A stretch of 64,000 bases of DNA, from sequence record MN445185.1; one strand, written 5' to 3'. This document shows, piece after piece, positions 27,892 to 36,753 of the stretch (position 1 is the first letter of the stretch; each line of letters begins with the position of its first letter). The position numbers and the translations under genes were made by a program. Under the pieces are notes generated by a model that did no database searches, had not been told where the DNA came from, and worked only from the letters and a program-made list of their open reading frames with translations.

Positions 27892-28542
27892 ATGACCCCC
27901 TTAATCAAATACCAGGAGCGAGGCATGTCTTTTGTTATTGACTTTAACCACCATCATAGTCAAACCTTGCTCGATTTAGTCAATGCTTTTAATGCTGAAA
28001 CCGTTTATACGCCCCTGACCACAGAACGTATCCGAGTGGAGAGTTATGGTCCACCGGAACCGGACGGTCGTGTAAGTGCTTTGCTGACTAATAAGAGTAA
28101 GCCAGATGACTATGTGGTTGTGCGTTACCGCAAATTGAGCTTAAATGATATAATCACGTTGAAGCCTGAACATCTCACATGGTTTGATTTGTCGAAAGGT
28201 AAACCGGCCGATTTGCGCGTATGGTCTGAACCTGCAATGGCCAGTTTTGAATCGGCGTGTGCAGAACGTGGCATCGTTGTAAGTAAGGCGTGGGAAAACC
28301 CCGCGCAATGCCACGTAGAGTACGACATCCCGACTGATCGATACGTCCTCGTCTATGAATGTGAATCATTTGTTTACGAATCGCGCACACGCATTACGCT
28401 ACCGTACCATATCGGCCAAGACTTAACCAAGACAACGTTGCCTGGTCTGGAATACGACTTGGCTGGTTTCTGGGGGCATAAGCTGTTAGAAGAAGTGACT
28501 ATCACGAAGCTTAACGGTTTTCGTTATCGTGAGTTTGTTTAA
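27892..28542 (+). CDS. Virion protein, paralog-family N-domain
   Basis: SQTLLDLVNAFN, VVRYRKLSLND, terminal TKTTLPGLEY and TITKLNGFRY motifs. Confidence 0.6.
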   Translation: MTPLIKYQERGMSFVIDFNHHHSQTLLDLVNAFNAETVYTPLTTERIRVESYGPPEPDGRVSALLTNKSKPDDYVVVRYRKLSLNDIITLKPEHLTWFDLSKGKPADLRVWSEPAMASFESACAERGIVVSKAWENPAQCHVEYDIPTDRYVLVYECESFVYESRTRITLPYHIGQDLTKTTLPGLEYDLAGFWGHKLLEEVTITKLNGFRYREFV

Positions 28543-28546
28543 GACA

Positions 28547-28588
28547 CTACCCTCGCCCGTTTAGCGAGGGTAGGTATTTATTTTTTTC
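28547..28588 (+). terminator. Rho-independent terminator
   Basis: CTACCCTCGC-7 nt-GCGAGGGTAG followed by a T-tract. Confidence 0.85.
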
Positions 28589-28623
28589 TTACGAATCGTC
28601 CACTCCGTATAGGAGGTAAGTCC

Positions 28624-29223
28624 ATGAAAAAGATTTATAAAATTGCGGTAATCGGTTCTCGGAAGACCGATGAAGATACCATGTCTGAAATGTACATGCG
28701 ATTGTTACGTGGGTTTAATGCGCTGCACGCCAAAGATTACACGATTCGTTTTTCTTCTGGCGGCTGCTGGTGTGGTCCAGACCAATTGCAATTCCGATTT
28801 GCCCGACAGTGGGCGAATACAATAGACCAAGATACCGGCAAGAAAGTGGCGTGGGATGATGAGTTCATTTGTTACCTACCCGATGAGAAAAAGCTCTGGC
28901 TCAGGAAACAGAATCCCAACGTAGAGTTCCGTGTAATCCCTCAGGATGACCGCTATCGTGAGATAGTAGGTAAGCTTCATCCCGCGCCAGAAAAGCTCCA
29001 GGAGTTCGCCTGGGCGCTTCACGGGCGTAATCTGAATATAATTATGGGCGATGATTTAGCAACGCCTGTAGACGCAGTCTATTACTCTGCGCCTTTAGAT
29101 AAACAAGGTAATCCGACCGGCGGTACTGCAATGGGCGTAAAATACGCTAAGCAGTGTGGTATTCCTTGTTACCACCATGCGCTTGAAGGACATCTGTGGC
29201 TTGAGAGCTTGTGCTTATTATGA
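28624..29223 (+). CDS. SLOG-superfamily (DprA/YspA-like Rossmann) nucleotide-binding protein
   Basis: IAVIGSR, SGGCWCGPD, LHGRN, GGTAMGVKYA..CGIP motifs. Confidence 0.75.
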   Translation: MKKIYKIAVIGSRKTDEDTMSEMYMRLLRGFNALHAKDYTIRFSSGGCWCGPDQLQFRFARQWANTIDQDTGKKVAWDDEFICYLPDEKKLWLRKQNPNVEFRVIPQDDRYREIVGKLHPAPEKLQEFAWALHGRNLNIIMGDDLATPVDAVYYSAPLDKQGNPTGGTAMGVKYAKQCGIPCYHHALEGHLWLESLCLL

Positions 29224-29253
29224 CCACGTTGCCTTTAATCAGAGGTCGCTATT

Positions 29254-29526
29254 ATGCAAACAACCGGTTTAGCTCGTCGTTTGTGGGAAGCCTTCTTCCC
29301 CACGCCATCAAAACCCATTAAGAAGGTGACTAGCCTTCGCTTGTTCCCAGGCACCGAGGATGAGTTCTTCGATTACCTGGAACGGCATGGTTTTGATTCG
29401 AAAGTTGCACCGCAGGAAAATGACCCAATTCAGACGGTCTACACTACACCGGATACGGGTGAAATATTTGCTTTGTGTGTTCGCTGGCCACATCGTAATT
29501 ATTACTACACTTTGACGCAGATATAA
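29254..29526 (+). CDS. Hypothetical protein
   Basis: 90-aa ORF, GAGG RBS. Confidence 0.65.
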   Translation: MQTTGLARRLWEAFFPTPSKPIKKVTSLRLFPGTEDEFFDYLERHGFDSKVAPQENDPIQTVYTTPDTGEIFALCVRWPHRNYYYTLTQI

Positions 29527-29536
29527 GGAGCAGGGG

Positions 29537-30670
29537 ATGTCGACGCTCGATTTAGATTTAGAAGTCCTGACTGACGACTACGATCGCCTGGTCGCACTCG
29601 AAGGTCTGGGAGTTAAGCCCGACTTCCCTGCGGTTTGCGCGATTCGTCAGCGTTGGTGCTTAACCGACGACGGTGAAGATATGTTGGTTGCTCGTGAATC
29701 GCGTGAAGCGATGGAGCGTGCTCAGTTTATGACTGATACCGACCCGCGAGCTGGTATCCATCGCGCAGCAGGGCGCATTACTGCGAAGGCTGTTAAAGGC
29801 GCTGGAAAGTTAGTGGGTGCTGGACTAGGTGCAACCGCAAAGGGTGCGGGTAAACTTTCGAAAAAGCTCGCATTACGCTTTTACGATTTCGCGGAAGCGC
29901 TAGCGAAAGAACAAGCCGACCGTTTGAAAGAAATAACTTCGAAAGCTGCTTTCATGGAACGTAAGCTCAATAAGCTTAAAACGCGAATGTCGCTGCTAGA
30001 TGAGCACAAAACACTCGCTGCAGTTGACGTTCACACTAGCAGCTGGACGTCTAAAATTTGTTTTGAAGATCGACCCGATTTTGAAGCGTGTGTTCGGTTT
30101 TCTAAACAAACAAATGCGTACGAAGGCGTCGTGCAAAAGTACACGGTTTACACACGCACTGCTCTGAAGAAAAGCAAAGCATTCGAAGGGCCGGGCTTAA
30201 AACAAATCAGCAAGTCCACAAACTGGGCAGTTAAGCGTGCCGCTGGATTGCTTGGCATCATCGATCCCTTTAAAAAGGTGGAAGCTTTTCCTGTTCCTGG
30301 AAATATCGTTGTGGTTGAGCACCATAGTGGTAAGATCAGTTGGGCAATTGCGCGTGACGGCGATTATGGTGAAACCATTAAATCGCTGGATATGCATCAG
30401 TGTGGGAAAGCAATAGAGGCTGTGGAAGCACTTATCAAATCTATTGCTGCGCGCGGAACAAAGAACCGTGTTGTAGGCTACACTGGTATCTACGAAGAAG
30501 TGGAAGCGATGAAGTCCGAGCTTAAGAACCTGGAAGGGGATGAGCTGAAAGAAGCCACTTTGCGCTACCGCAATGCAATGGCGATGGAAGACGCTTTTAC
30601 CACGGCATTGGTACGTGTGGCGGAGGGTCTAATGGAATGGACGAAGCAATCGCTGGCCGAGGTGAACTGA
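29537..30670 (+). CDS. Probable head/ejection protein with AxE-cleaved propeptide
   Basis: Acidic N-terminus then VALEG and VARES; helical basic remainder like phiKZ inner-head proteins. Confidence 0.55.
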   Translation: MSTLDLDLEVLTDDYDRLVALEGLGVKPDFPAVCAIRQRWCLTDDGEDMLVARESREAMERAQFMTDTDPRAGIHRAAGRITAKAVKGAGKLVGAGLGATAKGAGKLSKKLALRFYDFAEALAKEQADRLKEITSKAAFMERKLNKLKTRMSLLDEHKTLAAVDVHTSSWTSKICFEDRPDFEACVRFSKQTNAYEGVVQKYTVYTRTALKKSKAFEGPGLKQISKSTNWAVKRAAGLLGIIDPFKKVEAFPVPGNIVVVEHHSGKISWAIARDGDYGETIKSLDMHQCGKAIEAVEALIKSIAARGTKNRVVGYTGIYEEVEAMKSELKNLEGDELKEATLRYRNAMAMEDAFTTALVRVAEGLMEWTKQSLAEVN

Positions 30671-31131
30671 TGAAGATTATTACCATAGTGGGGCCAGACA
30701 CGGCTAACGGCAGGAAATATTCCACAGATATCCTCGCGCTTTATAACGAGCTGGACAAAAGCGAAATAGAAAGCTATCGAAAAGAGACGGGTATTAATGT
30801 CCGTTTTACGCCGGCTAAATCGTTAGCCGAGCGCTTCCGGGGTCGTTTACTGGCGGTCGTGGACGACGGTGTCTTGTATGGCTTTGCGCAATACCGCACG
30901 ATGACTGAAGAGGGTGTGACGATGATGTCGGTATCCTCACTGGTCGTTAGCAGCAGCGCACGTGGTAAAGGTTACGGCACCGCGTTGATGGATGCGGTAA
31001 AGAAATCCGCAACGGAAAAAGGGTGTACAGTTGTTCACCTGTCCGTGAACGCCGGTAACGCTGCCGCGAAGTCGCTCTACGACAAAGCTGGCTTTAAGGT
31101 AGGTGCTTACCAGATGTATTGGAGGGTGTGA
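30670..31131 (+). CDS. GNAT-family acetyltransferase
   Basis: ARGKGYGTALM; NAAAKSLYDKAGF; TGATG coupling to the upstream gene. Confidence 0.9.
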   Translation: MKIITIVGPDTANGRKYSTDILALYNELDKSEIESYRKETGINVRFTPAKSLAERFRGRLLAVVDDGVLYGFAQYRTMTEEGVTMMSVSSLVVSSSARGKGYGTALMDAVKKSATEKGCTVVHLSVNAGNAAAKSLYDKAGFKVGAYQMYWRV

Positions 31132-31595
31132 TGAAAATTGTTTTTGTCACCAAGCCCAACTCTCCGTATGGAAAGAAATACTACGCGGACTTGTTAGGAC
31201 TACACAACAAGTTATACGACGATCAGAAAATAAAACTTGCCGACTTAAACGGTCGTGAAGGGTTTAATCAAATCTCAAAACTGGAGGAGGTTTGGGGTGA
31301 AGGTACGCTGTGCGCTTGCGCCGTTGATGACCGTGGTGTGGCTGTTGGTTTCATCACCTTTGGCTACACCAAAAAGGGACAACGTTTCCTCTGGGTATAT
31401 AACTTTTTTGTAGATGAATCGGTTCGTTCACAAGGCGTTGGCCATGAACTGATCGAAGCCGTAGAGAACTATGGCAAATCAAAAGGCTGCGCATGGATGC
31501 AGCTTAACGTGCTCGGTAATAACGACCGTGCTATTGCGTTTTATGAACGTTTCGGATTCCGAACTGAATACCAGGATATGGTAAAGGAGCTTTAA
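31131..31595 (+). CDS. GNAT-family acetyltransferase (paralog of upstream gene)
   Basis: VRSQGVGHELI; NDRAIAFYERFGF; shared MKI....P....G.KY..D.L.L.N.L N-terminus. Confidence 0.9.
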   Translation: MKIVFVTKPNSPYGKKYYADLLGLHNKLYDDQKIKLADLNGREGFNQISKLEEVWGEGTLCACAVDDRGVAVGFITFGYTKKGQRFLWVYNFFVDESVRSQGVGHELIEAVENYGKSKGCAWMQLNVLGNNDRAIAFYERFGFRTEYQDMVKEL

Positions 31596-31596
31596 C

Positions 31597-32205
31597 ATGG
31601 TGGCTGTCCGCAGCGTGCCACATCAGACTGGCTCGCGATATACTTTTTGTGTAAAGCGTTTCGGGGCAAGAAATCGCCCTGGTTGGAAGGTGGTACGTGC
31701 GATGGGACAGTTCTGGCAATTACCACCTGGCACGTTAAAATATTTTTCAGTAGACAGAATAACCCGGTTCTTAAACGCGGCTGACCCAAGTCAACGCTCC
31801 AGTTTTATGGCAGGGATCGTTTGTCGTCCCGATGGGAAAACACGCGATGCAACCACTCGTGGAATCTACTGGACAGGACAGAACGCGTTTCAGGTTGGCT
31901 TACCTTGCCTGAAGTGTGAAGTGACACCGTTTAATGGTCCCTACGCCGATGCGCACTTCACCGGTATCTTTGTGTCGTTCCCAGACGACCCGTCTTTAAA
32001 CTACTTTTTATCAGTGGACAAAGACGTCAGTATTGATACCTTTTACAAATACTTGTTGTTTTACAGCCGGTATATCCGCGTGACTCCTGTGCATGAAGAT
32101 TGGTATTATAAAAATCCCTTGAACTATGGGAGGGACAGGAGACTAGAAGGATGTTCTATCGAGAGCTTCAACTCTGTACCGCAGCGCTCCATGGCGCTAA
32201 TGTGA
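31597..32205 (+). CDS. Hypothetical protein (start uncertain)
   Basis: 202-aa ORF between coupled genes. Confidence 0.55.
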   Translation: MVAVRSVPHQTGSRYTFCVKRFGARNRPGWKVVRAMGQFWQLPPGTLKYFSVDRITRFLNAADPSQRSSFMAGIVCRPDGKTRDATTRGIYWTGQNAFQVGLPCLKCEVTPFNGPYADAHFTGIFVSFPDDPSLNYFLSVDKDVSIDTFYKYLLFYSRYIRVTPVHEDWYYKNPLNYGRDRRLEGCSIESFNSVPQRSMALM

Positions 32206-32522
32206 GCAAGAACGGGGACCTGGAAGACGTCGCGCAAGCCTTACGGGCTGTGTCGGAGGTTGACCAGGTCGACATCGACGCTAAGTATTTAGGCGGCGGT
32301 GTAAAGCGTATTCAGTTGACCGTGCGAGCCAAACATGGCAGCTGCTCGTTACATTTTCGAGTCAGTGCGGATTATTTCCTGGTACTGCGCTCCACATTCA
32401 GTCACGATGGTCGGACTCACCGGGTTCGGTGGATGCACGACATTACTAAATTTGGCTACCCGCTTGCAGAACAACGTAAAGTCGTACATGACTTTATGGC
32501 TGCAGTCGTTGCGGGGTTTTAA
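32202..32522 (+). CDS. Hypothetical protein
   Basis: GTG start overlapping the upstream stop (GTGA). Confidence 0.6.
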   Translation: MSKNGDLEDVAQALRAVSEVDQVDIDAKYLGGGVKRIQLTVRAKHGSCSLHFRVSADYFLVLRSTFSHDGRTHRVRWMHDITKFGYPLAEQRKVVHDFMAAVVAGF

Positions 32523-32531
32523 GGGGAGACT

Positions 32532-33131
32532 GTGATGTCTGAGATGATTCTCGATTCGCTGTTTTTGATTACGGTTGCAAACATCAATAAAAACGGCAAT
32601 CTTCCAGAATACGTAGACATAAGTCGTCATGGCTTTAAGCGTCGTTATCAAATCGGTAAGGTACTAGAGATTGCCTGCTTAGTAACGAACATGCGTAGAC
32701 CGGTGGAAGGCTGTAGCGTTAAACATGCACAGATGATACTCGGGCGTGCTATTTCAGAAGTACGTCGTAAGCGTCGTCGTGCACCGTATCGCTTTTATCC
32801 TAACTCCACCAAACAGGTGGTCGGTGAGGGGGAAGGTGTGGTTGATTTGCGTGAGGCCAGTTGTAATGTAGGCGGTATTGCACGTGACTGGTTAATGAGC
32901 ATTATCAGTAAGCATCCACGTACACCTACGCCGCAAGAAGGACAGGCGGTACTCGCACTTATGCGTAAGACCCATTTGGTGATTACTGATACACCAAACC
33001 AGGCAGCACGAATGCAGCACTATTTGGCATGTCGTGGCTTCACCACACTTGCAGTACCTTCTGAATACACAGCTGATATTAAACTTCCGCCAGTCCCAGA
33101 TTGGTCTGAACCGACAGTTGATCATCAGTGA
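32532..33131 (+). CDS. Hypothetical protein with Arg-rich patch
   Basis: 199 aa, GGGGAG RBS, VRRKRRR. Confidence 0.7.
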   Translation: MMSEMILDSLFLITVANINKNGNLPEYVDISRHGFKRRYQIGKVLEIACLVTNMRRPVEGCSVKHAQMILGRAISEVRRKRRRAPYRFYPNSTKQVVGEGEGVVDLREASCNVGGIARDWLMSIISKHPRTPTPQEGQAVLALMRKTHLVITDTPNQAARMQHYLACRGFTTLAVPSEYTADIKLPPVPDWSEPTVDHQ

Positions 33132-33136
33132 GTTAT

Positions 33137-33174
33137 ACCCACTCCTTCGGGAGTGGGTCGACTCTATTTTTTTT
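33137..33174 (+). terminator. Rho-independent terminator
   Basis: ACCCACTCC-TTCG-GGAGTGGGT followed by a T-tract. Confidence 0.85.
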
Positions 33175-33197
33175 GGATAGATGTTATCTTAGGGAGA
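33175..33197 (+). promoter_or_regulatory. Early-type promoter, AGATAGATRTTATC class
   Basis: GGATAGATGTTATCTTAGGGAGA. Confidence 0.7.
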
Positions 33198-33291
33198 CGT
33201 GCAAAAATTACGTTTCATCCTTAGCATATGCTAGAAGCCGTTGTGAGTCGGTTAAAACTCACCAACTTAAACTTAAAAGCGAGTAAACAAA

Positions 33292-34056
33292 ATGTCAAAA
33301 CTCAATAAAGCAGCAACCAAAGAATGGCTTTCCGTACCTACCGCAGATGGTCAGTATCGCTACGTATTCACGTATGACGAAAATGACCTGACGGCAAAAG
33401 GTATTCCGCACATGTTAAGTCACAAACTGATTAACAGCGTGACCGGTGCCACCTTAGTAGGTTCCGGCGGAAGGACAATCTTTTGTGCCCCCAGTTGGGA
33501 TCAAACTGAACTGACCAAGAAAATGCTCGGTGAACTCCGGGCGGTTTCCGCACGTCTGTTCTTTAAGCTGATTGCCAGAAAACCGGCGCTATGGGATGCA
33601 TGGTCTCAACACAATCTCGAGGCATTGCGTGGGGAGTGTCTGAATTACGTATTGGTCGAAGAAGTGATTGATAACTTCTTCGCTAACGTGATGAAAACCG
33701 AACGACTGCGTAAGCCGAACACCGACGGTTATTCGTTTGTCTCCGTTAAGAGCAGCGAACTGATTCGGGGTGAGTTTGCAGGGCATGTCCTTTCGGTAAC
33801 TCGGAACCTGAGTTTCTTTGGCCAGCCTTTCAGTGAGCCAGTTGTTCAGGTAACTTATGATTTCCGTTTACCGTTTACTGTTCGGAATGAGTTTGACCCA
33901 GGTCAAGTTTCGTTGAAGTTTTTATATCCTCTCCAGTCATGGCCGTTATTGAAGAGGTTCTTAGCTGAGCCCCGTGTAGCTGCGGTGCTGCAAGCGTGGA
34001 TTGATTCATGGCCAGAAGGCATTGAGGAAAAATCGAAAACGCGAGTTGACTTCTAA
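33292..34056 (+). CDS. Hypothetical protein
   Basis: 254-aa ORF between a promoter and a terminator. Confidence 0.75.
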   Translation: MSKLNKAATKEWLSVPTADGQYRYVFTYDENDLTAKGIPHMLSHKLINSVTGATLVGSGGRTIFCAPSWDQTELTKKMLGELRAVSARLFFKLIARKPALWDAWSQHNLEALRGECLNYVLVEEVIDNFFANVMKTERLRKPNTDGYSFVSVKSSELIRGEFAGHVLSVTRNLSFFGQPFSEPVVQVTYDFRLPFTVRNEFDPGQVSLKFLYPLQSWPLLKRFLAEPRVAAVLQAWIDSWPEGIEEKSKTRVDF

Positions 34057-34062
34057 GTAAGC

Positions 34063-34095
34063 TAGGCACTCTTCGGAGTGCCTATTATTTTTTTT
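34063..34095 (+). terminator. Rho-independent terminator
   Basis: TAGGCACTC-TTCG-GAGTGCCTA followed by a T-tract. Confidence 0.9.
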
Positions 34096-34097
34096 CT

Positions 34098-34120
34098 TTA
34101 CGTATGCTCGCTATATTGTG
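34098..34120 (+). promoter_or_regulatory. TTAC-N15-TGTG promoter candidate
   Basis: Exact spacing after the terminator; upstream of tmk. Confidence 0.55.
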
Positions 34121-34159
34121 ACACCACTACAATTAATTAAACTTTTGGGGAAGAATAAA

Positions 34160-34783
34160 ATGTTAAACTCAGTGGCGCTGGATGGTCCAGATTTTTCTGG
34201 CAAATCAACACTCGCGAAAATGATTCAAGCGATGTTGCGCTCCGCTGGCGTTAATGTCATCATCGTCAATCACCCGACGAATACCACTGAAGCCGGTATT
34301 AGTGCACGTTCTCTGGTTATCCAGCACGCTTCTAACGAACGCATTGCTAAAGCGATGTGTCTGGATTTCCAATACACGATGGATTTCGTTGTACCAGAGC
34401 ACGATGTCGTTATTTTTGACCGTTTTTGTCAATCGACTATTGTCTACCAGGGCGTCGATGGTAAAGGGGAAGTTTTCCGTTCGCGGGTATTAGACCACAT
34501 TAACGCACCAAAGCTTTACGTGGCAACCGATGTATCTTACGAAACCGCCACAGAACGCTTTAAGAAGCGCGTAGAGGCACAAGGTAAGAACTGGGATGAT
34601 GAGGTACTGACAGCGAAGTATCTGCGCTCACAGACCGATTGGGACGCCTTACGCGACCATTACCGTTTTGCTTTCCACATCACCACAGATGGCGGCGATA
34701 AGTTCCCGCTGATGCGTGTTACGGCTGACGACGATATAGCGTTACAAGCCGCGCGTATCGTTGAACGTATTCTGGCAGGTTAG
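34160..34783 (+). CDS. tmk: Thymidylate (dTMP) kinase
   Basis: VALDGPDFSGKST P-loop, HPT, VVIFDRF..STIVYQG. Confidence 0.9.
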   Translation: MLNSVALDGPDFSGKSTLAKMIQAMLRSAGVNVIIVNHPTNTTEAGISARSLVIQHASNERIAKAMCLDFQYTMDFVVPEHDVVIFDRFCQSTIVYQGVDGKGEVFRSRVLDHINAPKLYVATDVSYETATERFKKRVEAQGKNWDDEVLTAKYLRSQTDWDALRDHYRFAFHITTDGGDKFPLMRVTADDDIALQAARIVERILAG

Positions 34784-34788
34784 TTGTA

Positions 34789-34827
34789 CCCCTCTTACCT
34801 TCGGGTAAGAGGGTATTGTCTTTTTTT
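34789..34827 (+). terminator. Rho-independent terminator
   Basis: Same 26-nt hairpin as 7776-7801, followed by a T-tract. Confidence 0.85.
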
Positions 34828-34848
34828 ACAGATCAGAACAGTCTTATG
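34826..34848 (+). promoter_or_regulatory. TTAC-N15-TATG promoter candidate
   Basis: Exact spacing, stacked upstream of early cassette copy 2. Confidence 0.55.
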
Positions 34849-34871
34849 CTTTTTGCTTCCACTCCACTAAA

Positions 34872-34947
34872 TTTCAGATATATATTACTTAGGTGAGAGT
34901 TACTACTAAACTCTCTAATCGACTATTAATCTAAAAGGAGTATTCTA
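34872..34947 (+). promoter_or_regulatory. Early promoter-hairpin-leader cassette, copy 2
   Basis: TTTCAGATATATATTACTTAGG; hairpin GAGAGTT/AACTCTC 34895-34915; TAATCGACTATTAATCTAAAAGGAG. Confidence 0.8.
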
Positions 34948-35313
34948 ATGCGTTTTAAACATCAAACCGTTGTGTTGGCAAAGAAAGCGTTTTTGGTTCG
35001 TCTTTCTTACATTATTACTCGTGTCACTGCGAAGGACGTTACGCAGAAAGACATTGCGTTATTAGTAGGCTGCTCACCGTCACAAATATCTGCGATTAAA
35101 AATGAACGTGAGAAGGCCGTGACTATCGAAACATTGATGCGGGTTGCTGATACACTGCGCCTGAATTACGAAATCGTCTACCGTTCCATCAACGGCAAAT
35201 GCCGCCATAGCTTTAAAATTGAATCATGCATCGATTACATGAACAACTGTCCTATCCGGGTACGAGAAACAGGACTTAAAGTCATGGCACGTAAACCTTC
35301 TGCAGTAATGTAG
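34948..35313 (+). CDS. XRE/Cro-family helix-turn-helix transcriptional regulator
   Basis: VTQKDIALLVGCSPSQISAIKN...TIETLMRVADTL. Confidence 0.85.
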   Translation: MRFKHQTVVLAKKAFLVRLSYIITRVTAKDVTQKDIALLVGCSPSQISAIKNEREKAVTIETLMRVADTLRLNYEIVYRSINGKCRHSFKIESCIDYMNNCPIRVRETGLKVMARKPSAVM

Positions 35314-35324
35314 GGAGCAAACGT

Positions 35325-35711
35325 ATGAATTGGTTTGTAAATGGTATCACCCGTCGCGTGATGACGGAAGAGGATGATCGATGTAAACATCTTAAAGTGG
35401 GCTCTATAGCCCCGCGCTATACGGCAGAGTGCGACCCATGGGGCCGCGAAACGTATTACATGTGCGAAGACTGCTGGGAAAAACTGCAGGCTGCAATTGC
35501 GGCGGAAGAAGTGGTCTGCGACGACTGCAAAGGTACCTTCCCGAAACGGGATACCGTTGAGTGGAAATGGTACGACTTTGACCCCAGTCAAGGGGATAAA
35601 GAACTCTGTATCTGTAATAACTGTGTGTCGTTACCGGTACATTTAAACCGTGTAGAGAATGACCGTCGGGCATTTGAACACGACTTTCCAGAAGCAACTT
35701 TCTGGGATTAA
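35325..35711 (+). CDS. Cys-rich probable zinc-binding protein
   Basis: CKH, CEDC, CDDC and CICNNC motifs. Confidence 0.7.
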   Translation: MNWFVNGITRRVMTEEDDRCKHLKVGSIAPRYTAECDPWGRETYYMCEDCWEKLQAAIAAEEVVCDDCKGTFPKRDTVEWKWYDFDPSQGDKELCICNNCVSLPVHLNRVENDRRAFEHDFPEATFWD

Positions 35712-36243
35712 CTAGTGTAAACCTTAAGGAGTATATCATGGCGAAGGCCCCTAAAACTGTAGCAAAAGATTCAACGGCAAGCACCGCGACTAAATCTGCA
35801 AAAACGTCTACTACAGAATTTCCACGTTCACCTACCATTCCTAAACCGGATGTAATTGTACCAATCAGTGAACGTCTGAAAACGATTCACATCGAACGTG
35901 AATTTCCGATTGACCTTGGTCAGGAAATCGTTGCGGTTAATCTTGGTAGTGATGTCCGCTTTACTATCTACAAGGGATTAACTAGTGTAAACCTTAAGGA
36001 GTATATCATGGCGAAGGCCCCTAAAACTGTAGCAAAAGATTCAACGGCAAGCACCGCGACTAAATCTGCAAAAACGTCTACTACAGAATTTCCACGTTCA
36101 CCTACCATTCCTAAACCGGATGTAATTGTACCAATCAGTGAACGTCTGAAAACGATTCACATCGAACGTGAATTTCCGATTGACCTTGGTCAGGAAATCG
36201 TTGCGGTTAATCTTGGTAGTGATGTCCGCTTTACTATCTACAA
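35704..36243 (+). repeat. Perfect-looking 270-bp direct tandem duplication
   Basis: 35704-35973 equals 35974-36243 by inspection; includes RBS and start codon. Confidence 0.95.
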
Positions 36244-36664
36244 AGGCGCGCATCTGAACAACATGGTGCTAACCCGCGGTGATGAAGTTATCGGTCTGTC
36301 TCGTTACGACACGCAAATCGAAAACATCTATCCGGTGTTTGCAGTAGCGATGTTGCGTTTGTTCATGCAGGATAAAGCCGACCTTTGTGGTCAGCTTGCG
36401 GGTATGGCGGATCGTGTTGGTCATATTCTGCCGACGCTGGTGAAACTGTACCCAGTTACGATTGACGTGGCGTTTACTACTGTAGACAACAACCACGGTT
36501 ATATCGTGCTGACCAAAGACGGTAAAGTTATCGCTGGCAATCTGACTGATAACGAAGTGCAGAAACATATGGACAAATTTGCGTTCATGGTGAATCGCTT
36601 AGCGCACGTCAGTGTCAAACATTCCGAAACTTGGACGGCGCTTGCCTCCAAACCGGAACTGTAA
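35738..36664 (+). CDS. Hypothetical protein with duplicated N-terminal 90 codons (internal restart at 36008)
   Basis: In-frame duplication; the second AAGGAG-ATG gives a 218-aa form. Confidence 0.75.
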   Translation: MAKAPKTVAKDSTASTATKSAKTSTTEFPRSPTIPKPDVIVPISERLKTIHIEREFPIDLGQEIVAVNLGSDVRFTIYKGLTSVNLKEYIMAKAPKTVAKDSTASTATKSAKTSTTEFPRSPTIPKPDVIVPISERLKTIHIEREFPIDLGQEIVAVNLGSDVRFTIYKGAHLNNMVLTRGDEVIGLSRYDTQIENIYPVFAVAMLRLFMQDKADLCGQLAGMADRVGHILPTLVKLYPVTIDVAFTTVDNNHGYIVLTKDGKVIAGNLTDNEVQKHMDKFAFMVNRLAHVSVKHSETWTALASKPEL

Positions 36665-36667
36665 TCA

Positions 36668-36705
36668 TTAAGGGGTCTTCGGACCCCTTAATTTTTTGTC
36701 TTTTT
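36668..36705 (+). terminator. Rho-independent terminator
   Basis: TTAAGGGGTC-TTCG-GACCCCTTAA followed by a T-tract. Confidence 0.9.
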
Positions 36706-36726
36706 ACGCATTATCCTCATGTTGTG
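36704..36726 (+). promoter_or_regulatory. TTAC-N15-TGTG promoter candidate
   Basis: Exact spacing; upstream of the GNAT-dam operon. Confidence 0.55.
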
Positions 36727-36753
36727 ACAGCAATACCTTTTGAGGGCATTACA

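Noticed and set aside
35704-36243. CRISPR array or insertion-sequence interpretation of the repeat
   Set aside because: Two adjacent 270-bp coding copies with no spacers, terminal inverted repeats or transposase
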